Below, in pieces: positions 44,846-53,404 of a stretch of 64,000 nt of DNA. Each line of letters starts with the position of its first letter. Position 1 is the first letter of the stretch. Source of the stretch: Candidatus Babelota bacterium (lineage in GTDB: Bacteria; Babelota; Babeliae; Babelales; Vermiphilaceae); contig JAFEAZ010000008.1 of NCBI GenBank assembly GCA_018266085.1, forward strand, positions 3,278 to 67,277, in the 5' to 3' direction. The notes below the pieces were generated by a model that made no database searches, was not told the origin of the DNA, and saw nothing but the letters and a program-made list of their open reading frames with translations. A program made the translations under genes and the position numbers.

Positions 44846-46531
44846 TTACGTTACAACCGTATTCAAAGCACCTGGCTTTGTCACAGCTGGTGCAATTTCA
44901 CTCAGCGACTTGTGCGTGTCGAGCATCGCTTGCATCGTTGGTGACAAATGATAATGGTAGGTGGATGCCAATACCGTTTCTTCAGCAAGGACCTTAGGAT
45001 ATGGCAAGGCAACAAACACATTGTCTGATGCGCGCGCTACGTTGTCCGTTGCGCGGATGGTCAAGAATTTACCCGCAATCGGTTTTTGCAATGCAGCACG
45101 AAACTCTTGCAACGTATGCACAGGCCGTCCATTAATTTCATTGAGTGTTGAGCCTATTGCAATAGAGCGTGAGCGATAGAGCTGCGAGTTGGGGAAGATA
45201 TGGGTGACAATAAGCGTTGGTTCTGTTTGATGCTTTAATTCAGCAAATTTTGCAAGGCCAGAAACGCTTTTCGACAGCCCAGCAATATGGTTGAGCGTGA
45301 GTGGCATTACCACCATGCCGGCAGCAACTTCGAAATCGATCTCTTCATAGCCAGGATAGAATTTACGTATGGCGGGTAACTCTGCTTGGTTAAATTGAGC
45401 AGCAAGCTCTTTACGTTCACCGTTGCGATAGACGACTAAATGGACCTGTTCACCAACTGACAGACGTGCGACATAATCGACGATCGATATCTTATCTTCC
45501 GTCCATGGTACCTGCATTTCACCATAGCGGTCGATAGGCAGATGATTGATCTCATACAACATATCACCACGTTTAACGCCCGCCATCGACAAGGTACTCT
45601 TGTCTACTACTTCAACGACATAACAACCGCCCGGTTCTGGGTTGCCGAGCAGTTCGGTCAAGCTTTCAGTCGCATTATTAAATAGCACCCCCAAAAATGG
45701 TTTACGTACCAGTTTCATAGTGCGCATGTCAGACAGGACATTTTTTAAATCGTTGATGGGAATAATATAACCGACGTTCTGAGCATCGGGCACATTGGCG
45801 GTATTAATACCGATCACCTGCCCTGATGCGTTGAGCAAAGGGCCGCCAGAGTTGCCGGGGTTAATTGGAGCGCTCATCTGTATCAATTGGCCTTCTCTGC
45901 CGCTAATAACACCACTGGTGCTTTTGAGTGATTGTTGCCCCAATGGGTAACCCAAAGCCAACACTTCTTCAGAGCGTTTGATTGCATCAGAATCGCCAAA
46001 AGGAAGATAGGGAATAGTGCCAAGGACTGCACGTATTGTTTTAAGACATTCCGGTTTGACGCGTAATAAGGCCAAATCTCGTTCAGGGCTTACGCTTAAC
46101 ACGTCAACGTCAATAATCTGTTTGCCCAGTGAAGGAATTTGGATCCATACGGTTGAGGCCTGATTGACCACGTGAGCGTTGGTGATCAGATCACCTTCGT
46201 CACTGATAAAAAAAGCGGTTCCCGTTGCAGAGTATTGATTAGGGGTTTTGTAGGGTTCAAGAAAATTAAATTCTAAAATTTGTGAAAAGACTTGAGCGAC
46301 AGTGTCTTTCACGCGTTCTTGAATTGGCCGCCACAGCTCTGATTTGGTAACAACACGCTCGACAGGTTCAGGTATGGCAGGCTGCTGTTGGTCGGACGTT
46401 GTTGGTGTTGTTGGCAGGCGATGAGTGAGTTCGTCAAGCTTGCGCTCTTGTCTGATCAGGATGAATGCTAGACCGACACAGGCAAGCACAGTGAAGGCTG
46501 ACACAAGGGCAAGTAAGATATTTTTTTTCAT
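44846..46531 (-). CDS. htrA: HtrA/DegP-family serine protease with PDZ domains
   Basis: TNAHVV (His), DLALLRV (Asp), GNSGGPLLN (Ser). A C-terminal region of about 250 aa is consistent with two PDZ domains. N-terminal signal anchor. Confidence 0.85.
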   Translation of the reverse strand: MKKNILLALVSAFTVLACVGLAFILIRQERKLDELTHRLPTTPTTSDQQQPAIPEPVERVVTKSELWRPIQERVKDTVAQVFSQILEFNFLEPYKTPNQYSATGTAFFISDEGDLITNAHVVNQASTVWIQIPSLGKQIIDVDVLSVSPERDLALLRVKPECLKTIRAVLGTIPYLPFGDSDAIKRSEEVLALGYPLGQQSLKSTSGVISGREGQLIQMSAPINPGNSGGPLLNASGQVIGINTANVPDAQNVGYIIPINDLKNVLSDMRTMKLVRKPFLGVLFNNATESLTELLGNPEPGGCYVVEVVDKSTLSMAGVKRGDMLYEINHLPIDRYGEMQVPWTEDKISIVDYVARLSVGEQVHLVVYRNGERKELAAQFNQAELPAIRKFYPGYEEIDFEVAAGMVVMPLTLNHIAGLSKSVSGLAKFAELKHQTEPTLIVTHIFPNSQLYRSRSIAIGSTLNEINGRPVHTLQEFRAALQKPIAGKFLTIRATDNVARASDNVFVALPYPKVLAEETVLASTYHYHLSPTMQAMLDTHKSLSEIAPAVTKPGALNTVVT

Positions 46532-46553
46532 AGACAGTACCTTTTTTTATAAG

Positions 46554-46581
46554 CAGGCCTGCTCATGTGTAAGCAGGCCTG
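46554..46581. other. 10-bp stem-loop formed by a duplicated AAGCAGGCCTG motif between ssb and htrA
   Basis: caggcctgct (46554-63) pairs with agcaggcctg (46572-81). No canonical T-tract on either strand. Confidence 0.4.
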
Positions 46582-46602
46582 AGAGTTGTTTCGTATACTC
46601 GT

Positions 46603-47148
46603 TTAAAAAGGAAGCTCGTCTTTAAAAGGAGCTTCATCATTAAAAGCAATTTCGCCTGTTGCAGGCATTTCTGCAGGAGCCTTTTTCTTTGCAAGTGATT
46701 TTGCGGCCATTTTTGCTTTTAGATCACCAATTTGATCAGCTATCTCTTTATTGTTTTGTGCAAGAGACTCAAATCGTTCATCAACCGGCTCTTGTTCTGT
46801 AATGTCGGCAGATGCTCCAGAGCCTAAGAATACGACGCGGTCGGCTACTACAGAGTGTTTATTGCGCGTTTGGCCAGCCTGATCTTCCCAACTGTCGAAT
46901 TTCAAGCGTCCTTCGATCAGCACCGAACGACCTTTTTGTAGATATTGACGGCAGCTTTCTGCTTGCGCTCCCCATACGTCGATATCGATGTAGCAGACTT
47001 CTTGTACCATTGCACCAGTCTGCCTATTTTTAAACTGACGGTTGGTTGCAATGCCAAGACGACATACTGCTTGTCCTGAGGTTAGTTGGCGATATTCAGG
47101 ATCTCTGGTGAGATTGCCTACTATAATAATGCGATTAAAACCGGCCAT
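46603..47148 (-). CDS. ssb: single-stranded DNA-binding protein
   Basis: MAGFNRIIIVGNLTRDPEYR OB fold. Flexible acidic tail ending DELPF. Confidence 0.9.
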   Translation of the reverse strand: MAGFNRIIIVGNLTRDPEYRQLTSGQAVCRLGIATNRQFKNRQTGAMVQEVCYIDIDVWGAQAESCRQYLQKGRSVLIEGRLKFDSWEDQAGQTRNKHSVVADRVVFLGSGASADITEQEPVDERFESLAQNNKEIADQIGDLKAKMAAKSLAKKKAPAEMPATGEIAFNDEAPFKDELPF

Positions 47149-47187
47149 GGTGCAAATCCTTTCGATTGCATGTACAGAGGGAATAAT

Positions 47188-47619
47188 TTAGTAACACAAT
47201 GCTTCAAATTCTTTGAGCTCTGCTTTGATCTGCAGCAACTCACGGTTGAGCCTGTTGCTTTCATCACAAGCCTTTTCGTACCGTTTTTTTAATGAGATCA
47301 GAGCGTCTCGTTTAGTCATAAGCGCAGTTTTTGATGCGCCTGCTAGCCCTTGCTCATCAGCAATCCATGCACGCATTGTTGTAGTGATGCTTTTTTGTGC
47401 GTCAAGTAATGCATGTGTGCACGTATCAAGGAGTCGGTGTAAACAGCTCTGTGATAGCTCGAGCATATCGGCCATAAGAGTGGCACATTCCTCTTTGAGT
47501 GTGGCAGTTGATGCGGTGCGTTGCTTGCGTGGTTTTACGAGCGATTCATCAGATGTGCGTATGGCGCTACTGACGGTGATGAGTAACAATGCACCAAAAA
47601 GGGGATAGTTTTTTTTCAT
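47188..47619 (-). CDS. hypothetical secreted coiled-coil protein
   Basis: MKKNYPLFGALLLITVSSA signal peptide. ATGA overlap with the stop of the upstream phosphatidyltransferase gene. Confidence 0.5.
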   Translation of the reverse strand: MKKNYPLFGALLLITVSSAIRTSDESLVKPRKQRTASTATLKEECATLMADMLELSQSCLHRLLDTCTHALLDAQKSITTTMRAWIADEQGLAGASKTALMTKRDALISLKKRYEKACDESNRLNRELLQIKAELKEFEALCY

Positions 47620-48218
47620 AGGGTAGCCCGTCTGTTGTGGTTCTTTTGTTGATACCATGTCGATACATAATGAAGATAGGAGCCTATCGTCATGAAGCTA
47701 GTGCCATAGAGCATCACGTAGTACGCAGTTCCCAGCGAGTGGTTGCACCAATAGCTGGTCACGAGCAACATAACGAACAGCACTTGAGCAACGGTTGTCA
47801 GCTTCGCTAGCCGCGTCGGTGCTATTGTTACCGAGCCATACCACAGATAGAGAAGCATAACGGAGCTCACCAAAAGCAGCTCTTTGCTCACCATAAGCCA
47901 CACAAACCATGCAGGAATAACAGGAGAAAGCTGTTCAGTGCGTGATAACTCTGCTACGCTGGAGATAATGAGCAGTTTGTCGGCGATCGGATCCAAGCAT
48001 GCGCCAAAGACTGTTTTTTCATTACGCAGACGGGCAAGCATGCCATCAAGAACATCAGTAATTGCCGCTACACCAAACAATATAAGGACCTGTCCCCACG
48101 ATTCAGCAGCAATTGCTGTTACCACACATGGTACCAATGCAATACGCATAAAGGTGATGCAAGTAGAGAGCGTTAAGATGCGCTCTAAGCGAGGCTGTAC
48201 GAAAGATGGTCTGCTCAT
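47616..48218 (-). CDS. CDP-alcohol phosphatidyltransferase family protein (second paralog)
   Basis: DVLDGMLARLRNEKTVFGACLDPIADK motif. Confidence 0.75.
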   Translation of the reverse strand: MSRPSFVQPRLERILTLSTCITFMRIALVPCVVTAIAAESWGQVLILFGVAAITDVLDGMLARLRNEKTVFGACLDPIADKLLIISSVAELSRTEQLSPVIPAWFVWLMVSKELLLVSSVMLLYLWYGSVTIAPTRLAKLTTVAQVLFVMLLVTSYWCNHSLGTAYYVMLYGTSFMTIGSYLHYVSTWYQQKNHNRRATL

Positions 48219-48410
48219 GAATATCCAACAGGTATCAATATATATATATAACCATAGATACTATAATAACAGCACGCAGTTGTCTGGCAACTATGAGTTT
48301 GTAACGGAGACATGTCTTGACGTGCTATTTCTTTTTTTGCTTAACTCTGCTTGCCGCAATAGGGATGATGACGTTTTAAGATGCGCATTTTTCACTCATA
48401 AGGAATATCT

Positions 48411-48689
48411 ATGCATAAAAAGATCTCTTTTGTAACGCTCTTGCTTATGAATTCTATCGGCCAGTTGTCTGCGGTGACAGCAGGAGTCCTAGACACGACA
48501 TTTAATCCTGGCGGCGTACAGCCAGGCACCGCAACGACGACGGTAGATAATAGTACCGGTGAGCAGGTGTGGATGGTTGCGATACAAGCAGATGGCAAAA
48601 TAGTTGTTACTGGTGAGGCTGCGGGATTAGATAAGTTTGCTGTGGCCCGTTTTTTAGCAACAGGTGGAATAACGGACATTTGTGTATAG
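48411..48689 (+). CDS. short secreted protein carrying a single delta-60-type repeat (possible gene remnant)
   Basis: Signal peptide, then LDTTFNPGG...AIQADGKIVVTGE...FAVARFLATGG, the pattern of the delta-60 repeat family. Only one repeat before the stop. Confidence 0.45.
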   Translation: MHKKISFVTLLLMNSIGQLSAVTAGVLDTTFNPGGVQPGTATTTVDNSTGEQVWMVAIQADGKIVVTGEAAGLDKFAVARFLATGGITDICV

Positions 48690-48718
48690 GTCTTGACGCA
48701 GTAAAGAGCTGTTACCTG

Positions 48719-49789
48719 TTACAGAATCTGACAAATGGTACCTGAGCCTAAACAGGTAGTTCCATCGTAAAAGACAGCAAACTGGCCAGAAGCAATGCCC
48801 TGGTCTTGTGTAGCCAATGTTACTGCTATCGTATCGTCATTATTGTAGAGGAGGGTTGCTTCATGGAACATCGCGCCATGACGTAACTTTATTCGGCAGG
48901 ATCGTAGTGTTGGTTGACGATGGGTGATCCAGTTACAGTGATTGACGGTAAAATGTCTGCGATCTTTGTCGGTGTCATGGTAATGGCGTGATATGAAAAC
49001 GGTATTGCTGTTGATCTCCTTTGCCACCACATACCAAGGGCCACCTGCAAGGCCGATGCCTTGACGTTGACCGATGGTATAGAACCAAAAACCTTTATGT
49101 TCGCCAACCGTTGCTCCGGTCTCATATTCGACCAATCGGCCTGGCTTCTCACCCAAATGATGAGCGATGAAGTCACGGAAGCTGATTTTTCCCAAAAAGC
49201 AGATACCTTGGCTGTCTTTACGCTCTTTATTTGGCAGATCGAAGCGTTGGGCTTGTTCACGTACTTGCGCTTTATTCAAGTGCCCAATAGGGAATATGAT
49301 TTTGCTGAGCTGCTCTTGTTTGAGGTATGAAAGAAAATAGGTTTGGTCTTTGATCGGATCTGGCGCACATGCAAGGTGAGTAATGCCGTTTTGATCATAC
49401 ACTTGTGCATAATGGCCTGAGGCGATCTTATCGAATTTTTCGTGGTAGCGGGCAAGATAGTCACAAAAAAAGCCAAATTTGATACGGCTATTGCAGAGCA
49501 CGTCAGGGTTAGGCGTGTTGCCTTTTTTGATCTCCGCGATGGTATAGGTAACGACGTGCTCCCAATACTCTTTTTGCAGAGAAACGACTTCTAGTTGCAC
49601 CTGTGCCTGATCACAGACTTGGCGTACGTAGGCAAGATCCTCCTCCCACGGGCAGGTGCCCATGAAAGCAAGCTCATCTTCAAGCCAGATTTTTAGATAA
49701 AACGCGGTTACATCATGCCCTTGCTCTTGCAGTAACCGCAGAGCTACTGAGCTGTCGACACCGCCTGATACAAGCATAGCTATCTTCAT
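48719..49789 (-). CDS. mnmA: tRNA 2-thiouridine(34) synthase MnmA
   Basis: MKIAMLVSGGVDSSV PP-loop. NPDVLCN and KDSQGICFLG motifs. Confidence 0.9.
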   Translation of the reverse strand: MKIAMLVSGGVDSSVALRLLQEQGHDVTAFYLKIWLEDELAFMGTCPWEEDLAYVRQVCDQAQVQLEVVSLQKEYWEHVVTYTIAEIKKGNTPNPDVLCNSRIKFGFFCDYLARYHEKFDKIASGHYAQVYDQNGITHLACAPDPIKDQTYFLSYLKQEQLSKIIFPIGHLNKAQVREQAQRFDLPNKERKDSQGICFLGKISFRDFIAHHLGEKPGRLVEYETGATVGEHKGFWFYTIGQRQGIGLAGGPWYVVAKEINSNTVFISRHYHDTDKDRRHFTVNHCNWITHRQPTLRSCRIKLRHGAMFHEATLLYNNDDTIAVTLATQDQGIASGQFAVFYDGTTCLGSGTICQIL

Positions 49790-49863
49790 AATAGAGCCAG
49801 TATACTACAAAACAAAGCGTCTGCGAACGCTTACGTATGTACAGTACATGTAAAGGAGGAGCG

Positions 49864-51045
49864 ATGAAGCAGAATCGTGGCGTGGTATACAAAGGGCCTA
49901 ACCTTGTTGAAGTGCAAACAATCGATTACCCAAAGCTAGAGCACAATGGCCGAAACTGTCCGCATGGTGTTATTTTAAAGGTTATAGCAACCAATATCTG
50001 CGGAAGTGACCAGCATATGGTTCGAGGGAGAACCAGCGCGCCATCAGGACTTGTTCTGGGGCACGAAATTACCGGTGAAGTTATTGAAATAGGCTCCGAT
50101 GTTGAATTTATTAAACAGGGAGATCTTGTATCGGTCCCTTTTAATATAGCATGCGGTCGCTGTAGAAACTGCAAAGCAGGGCAGACCAGCATATGCTTGA
50201 CTACTAATGAATCGAGCATTGCAGGGGCAGCTTATGGGTATGTTGACATGGGTGGTTGGATTGGCGGGCAAGCAGAATATGTTATGGTTCCCTACGCAGA
50301 TTTTAATCTTTTAAAATTTCCAAACAAAGAACGTGCTATGGAGAAAATAAAAGATCTAGCGTTGCTTTCAGATGTTTTTCCTACCGGTTTTCATGGCGCT
50401 GTCCAAGCGAATGTTGGTCCAGGATCGATTGTCTATGTTGCTGGAGCGGGTCCTATTGGTTTGGCATGTGCGGCGTCATGCCAACTGCTTGGAGCGGCCT
50501 GTGTTATTGTAGGAGATTTAAAAAAGGCACGACTTGCGCAAGCCAGCAGTTTCGGCTGTTATACCGTAGATCTGTCTACAACCGACAGCCTGCCCGATGC
50601 GATTGAAAAGATTGTTGGTGTCCGTGAAGTGGATTCTGCTATCGATTGTGTTGGCTTTGAAGCGAAGAATAACAGTTTTGAAGAGCATGCACCGGCGGTA
50701 CTTAATACGATAATGAGGGTGGCAAGAGCAGGTAGCTCGCTCGGTATTGTTGGCTTGTATGTACCAAATGATCCTGGATCTCATGATGCATCTGCTCGGC
50801 AAGGAGAATTGGCAGTTCGTATAGGATTGGGATGGGCAAAGAGTCTTTCGTTGCATACAGGTCAAACTCCTGTTATGCGCTATAATAGACAGTTGATGAA
50901 CTGTATTTTGTATGACAAAATTGAGATAGCAAAAGCGGTTAATGTGGAAGTTGTCTCTCTTGATGATGCCGTAAAGGCTTATCATGAGTTTGATAATGGT
51001 GCACCAAAAAAGTTCATTGTAGACCCACACGGTCTTATCCGATAG
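49864..51045 (+). CDS. fdhA: glutathione-independent formaldehyde dehydrogenase (Zn-dependent MDR family)
   Basis: AGGAGG RBS. NRGVVYKGPNLVEVQTIDYPKL...HGVILKV.ATNICGSDQHMVRGRT...GQAEYVMVPYADFNLLKFP...HTGQTPVMRYNRQLM closely tracks my recollection of Pseudomonas FdhA along its whole length. Confidence 0.8.
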   Translation: MKQNRGVVYKGPNLVEVQTIDYPKLEHNGRNCPHGVILKVIATNICGSDQHMVRGRTSAPSGLVLGHEITGEVIEIGSDVEFIKQGDLVSVPFNIACGRCRNCKAGQTSICLTTNESSIAGAAYGYVDMGGWIGGQAEYVMVPYADFNLLKFPNKERAMEKIKDLALLSDVFPTGFHGAVQANVGPGSIVYVAGAGPIGLACAASCQLLGAACVIVGDLKKARLAQASSFGCYTVDLSTTDSLPDAIEKIVGVREVDSAIDCVGFEAKNNSFEEHAPAVLNTIMRVARAGSSLGIVGLYVPNDPGSHDASARQGELAVRIGLGWAKSLSLHTGQTPVMRYNRQLMNCILYDKIEIAKAVNVEVVSLDDAVKAYHEFDNGAPKKFIVDPHGLIR

Positions 51046-51068
51046 ATCTATAACAAAGGCAAGTACAG

Positions 51069-53384
51069 TCACGAAGATGTCCCCGCTTGAGCGGGGATCT
51101 TTTCTATTAACGGTTGAACCTCTGGGATGGTATCATTGGCAGTAGGCGCAGCTGGAATGCTGTCTAGTCTTTTCTCTATCCAATCGGATGATTCATCCGT
51201 TACAAGCCAGAGAGATTCGGCAAGAGAGCGCGTCTTTGGGTTAAAGGTGAAGAATAGCCCTTTGAGTGAATAATGACGTAAAGATTCCAGAGCGCTCATG
51301 ATACTTTCTCTGGTAAATGGTACGTTCAGTTTTTGTGCTACATCAAAAAAGAGGCTCATTCCAATATAGGATTCGAAAGAGAACCTATCATAGCTTTTTT
51401 TTATGTTATCCATCGCTTTGCGATATTCTCGTGCTATGGGCAGCTCACTATTTAACGGATTGGGAACGGGAGAGCCACATATAAAACGTAACCCATTTGC
51501 TTCGATGAAATATTGGAACGGCTTTTCAGCGATGAATGAAATAGCAAAGAAATATTTGTTTACGCATTGTTCGATTCCCATCTGCAAGATAAGAAGGCGT
51601 CCTGCTTGTGCCGTTGAGAAAAAGCCTATAGCATCGGGCTGGTAACTTCGTATCTCTTTCACTTGTTGTTCAAAATTGACTGTGCCGCGCGTGTAGGCAA
51701 GATCTATCCATGAAGTACCTTCTCTTTTTTTCAACTCAGCATGCGCTGCTTCAGCTGCTCCTATGCCATACGAATCATTTTGGTAAAAAAAGGCAAATTT
51801 TTTAGCTCCTATTGTAGTCGTTAGATATTCGAGTAAAAAGTAGATTTCTTCATCATAGGTTGGGCGTAGATGCATGATACCAGGCGCTGTAGAGGTGCGA
51901 AAAATAGAAGCTCCGGTTATCGGGAAAAATACTGAGATGGTATTATTTTTTACATAATCAAAATAGAGACTTAAGGTAGGACTTCCGACAGGAAATAATA
52001 TCAGATCTATCGATTCTTTGATGAGCTTTTGGATGTTTTGTAATGCCATATTAGGTGAATAATCATCATTATAGATATTGCTCTTAACAAGTCTACCTTG
52101 TATGCCTCCACTGTTGTTTTCAGCGTTAATACGGTTCATCATTCCCTGTTTTATTTCGTTGCCAATATGTGGCACGCCACTGATAAGCGACATTGTAGAG
52201 CCAATATTGATAGGATTAGTTAACGGCGTTTCGTTACGTGTGCCGACGGTAGTCGTTCCTGTCATCAGATTAAAAGTAGCTTTTGTTGCAAAATCCATTG
52301 AGTTTTCATTTCGCTGCCAAAATGATATAAGGCTTGTTCTCAACGATTTTTTGAGCGTTATTAAGGTATATGAATCTATGGCGCTCGTTACATCGGGCGA
52401 ATCGTTAGGAAAAATTGCAGGTAAGATGTTCCAATAAGAGGTCTCTAGATTATGCTCTACAAATGAGAGACCGAATATGCCAGCAGGTTCGAGATAGAGA
52501 TTGTCACTATTGATATCTACTCTCAGTGTGATCGGCTTGGTGCTCTCGTTTGCTTGTTCTTGGTTGAAAAAAACCAAAGGCTCTTTATTGTCTGTATTGA
52601 AAAGCTCATGGATGTGCGCTTCATCCATAATATCACCTTCGTCGAAGTTGGAGGATATTTTCATAAAATCTTGCGGTTGAGAGCTGATAGCAATATAGAT
52701 CGCTTTTGGCAACGAGCTGAAAAAAGTATTGAGCTCTTTTCTAAGTTCAACCACATCAAAGCTCTGCGCGCGCGTCTTTATCTCTCGATTCAAAGCGAAA
52801 TCGTTCCAATAGTTGTTGAGCTCCTGTCGAGAGCGGATCATAAAACAGTTGTCTGGATTGAGATCTAAAAGTGCCATTATAAGAGTGAGTGTTTCTAGGG
52901 CATAGGCCGATCCATTAATCGAGTAAGCATTGAACAACAGATAGATATCTTTGCGTAGTTTCAGCCTTTCATCGATTAACCCTTCTTTATTAAGCCATGT
53001 TAAGGTGCGTACGAGTCTATGGAAATGGCCACGCAAGCTACTGATAAGAATGATTGAACTATTTTCATTACATTGCAGACGAGAGGCGATCGTATTGATT
53101 TGACGATTAGCCTTTTTTGCTTCGATCGTCTTTTCGAGTAACTCCTTGAAATAACCGATTGTAAAGAAGTCGTGGAATCGATAGCCCCACGAGTCGAGCC
53201 AAGCGATAAAGGTATTGGGTAGATGTTTGTTATGAAATAAAGTGAAATCGGTGTTGCCCCACACTTTTGTTGCAGGCGGGTATTCTGGCATCTTCGCTGC
53301 ATAATCGGTCACCGTTTTTAACGTTATAGCATTGTTAAAGGTTCCTGTCAGCAAGCAACAAACAAGTAATGATCTTTTTTTCAT
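51069..53384 (-). CDS. secreted two-domain protein: degenerate PPP-type metallophosphatase-like domain plus type-1 periplasmic binding (LivK/ANF-receptor-like) domain
   Basis: Signal peptide MKKRSLLVCCLLTGTFNNA. PPP-like blocks carry substituted metal ligands (ILISSLRGHF, YLLFNAYSINGS, FMIRSRQE). The C-terminal half has PBP1 blocks (INIGSTMSLISGVPHIGNEIKQGMMNRINAENNSGGIQGRLV..., KFAFFYQNDSYGIG). Confidence 0.65.
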   Translation of the reverse strand: MKKRSLLVCCLLTGTFNNAITLKTVTDYAAKMPEYPPATKVWGNTDFTLFHNKHLPNTFIAWLDSWGYRFHDFFTIGYFKELLEKTIEAKKANRQINTIASRLQCNENSSIILISSLRGHFHRLVRTLTWLNKEGLIDERLKLRKDIYLLFNAYSINGSAYALETLTLIMALLDLNPDNCFMIRSRQELNNYWNDFALNREIKTRAQSFDVVELRKELNTFFSSLPKAIYIAISSQPQDFMKISSNFDEGDIMDEAHIHELFNTDNKEPLVFFNQEQANESTKPITLRVDINSDNLYLEPAGIFGLSFVEHNLETSYWNILPAIFPNDSPDVTSAIDSYTLITLKKSLRTSLISFWQRNENSMDFATKATFNLMTGTTTVGTRNETPLTNPINIGSTMSLISGVPHIGNEIKQGMMNRINAENNSGGIQGRLVKSNIYNDDYSPNMALQNIQKLIKESIDLILFPVGSPTLSLYFDYVKNNTISVFFPITGASIFRTSTAPGIMHLRPTYDEEIYFLLEYLTTTIGAKKFAFFYQNDSYGIGAAEAAHAELKKREGTSWIDLAYTRGTVNFEQQVKEIRSYQPDAIGFFSTAQAGRLLILQMGIEQCVNKYFFAISFIAEKPFQYFIEANGLRFICGSPVPNPLNSELPIAREYRKAMDNIKKSYDRFSFESYIGMSLFFDVAQKLNVPFTRESIMSALESLRHYSLKGLFFTFNPKTRSLAESLWLVTDESSDWIEKRLDSIPAAPTANDTIPEVQPLIEKIPAQAGTSS
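51076..51099. repeat. palindromic element, copy 6 (gatgtccccgcttgagcggggatc), overlapping the 3' end of the 771-aa CDS
   Basis: Stem TCCCCGC/GCGGGGA. The minus-strand frame through it encodes the protein C-terminus ...IPAQAGTSS. Confidence 0.75.
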
Positions 53385-53404
53385 TTGAGCACCTATTCCT
53401 CTTT

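Noticed and set aside
46551-46581. Direct repeat AAGCAGGCCTG x2 as a possible CRISPR or repeat array
   Set aside because: There are only two 11-nt copies 20 nt apart, and each is self-complementary. This is better explained as one 10-bp stem-loop. No CRISPR-like periodicity occurs anywhere in the window.
48238-48250. (AT)n run in the divergent promoter region as a possible phase-variation microsatellite
   Set aside because: It has only about 6.5 units, which is too short to argue for slipped-strand regulation without population data.
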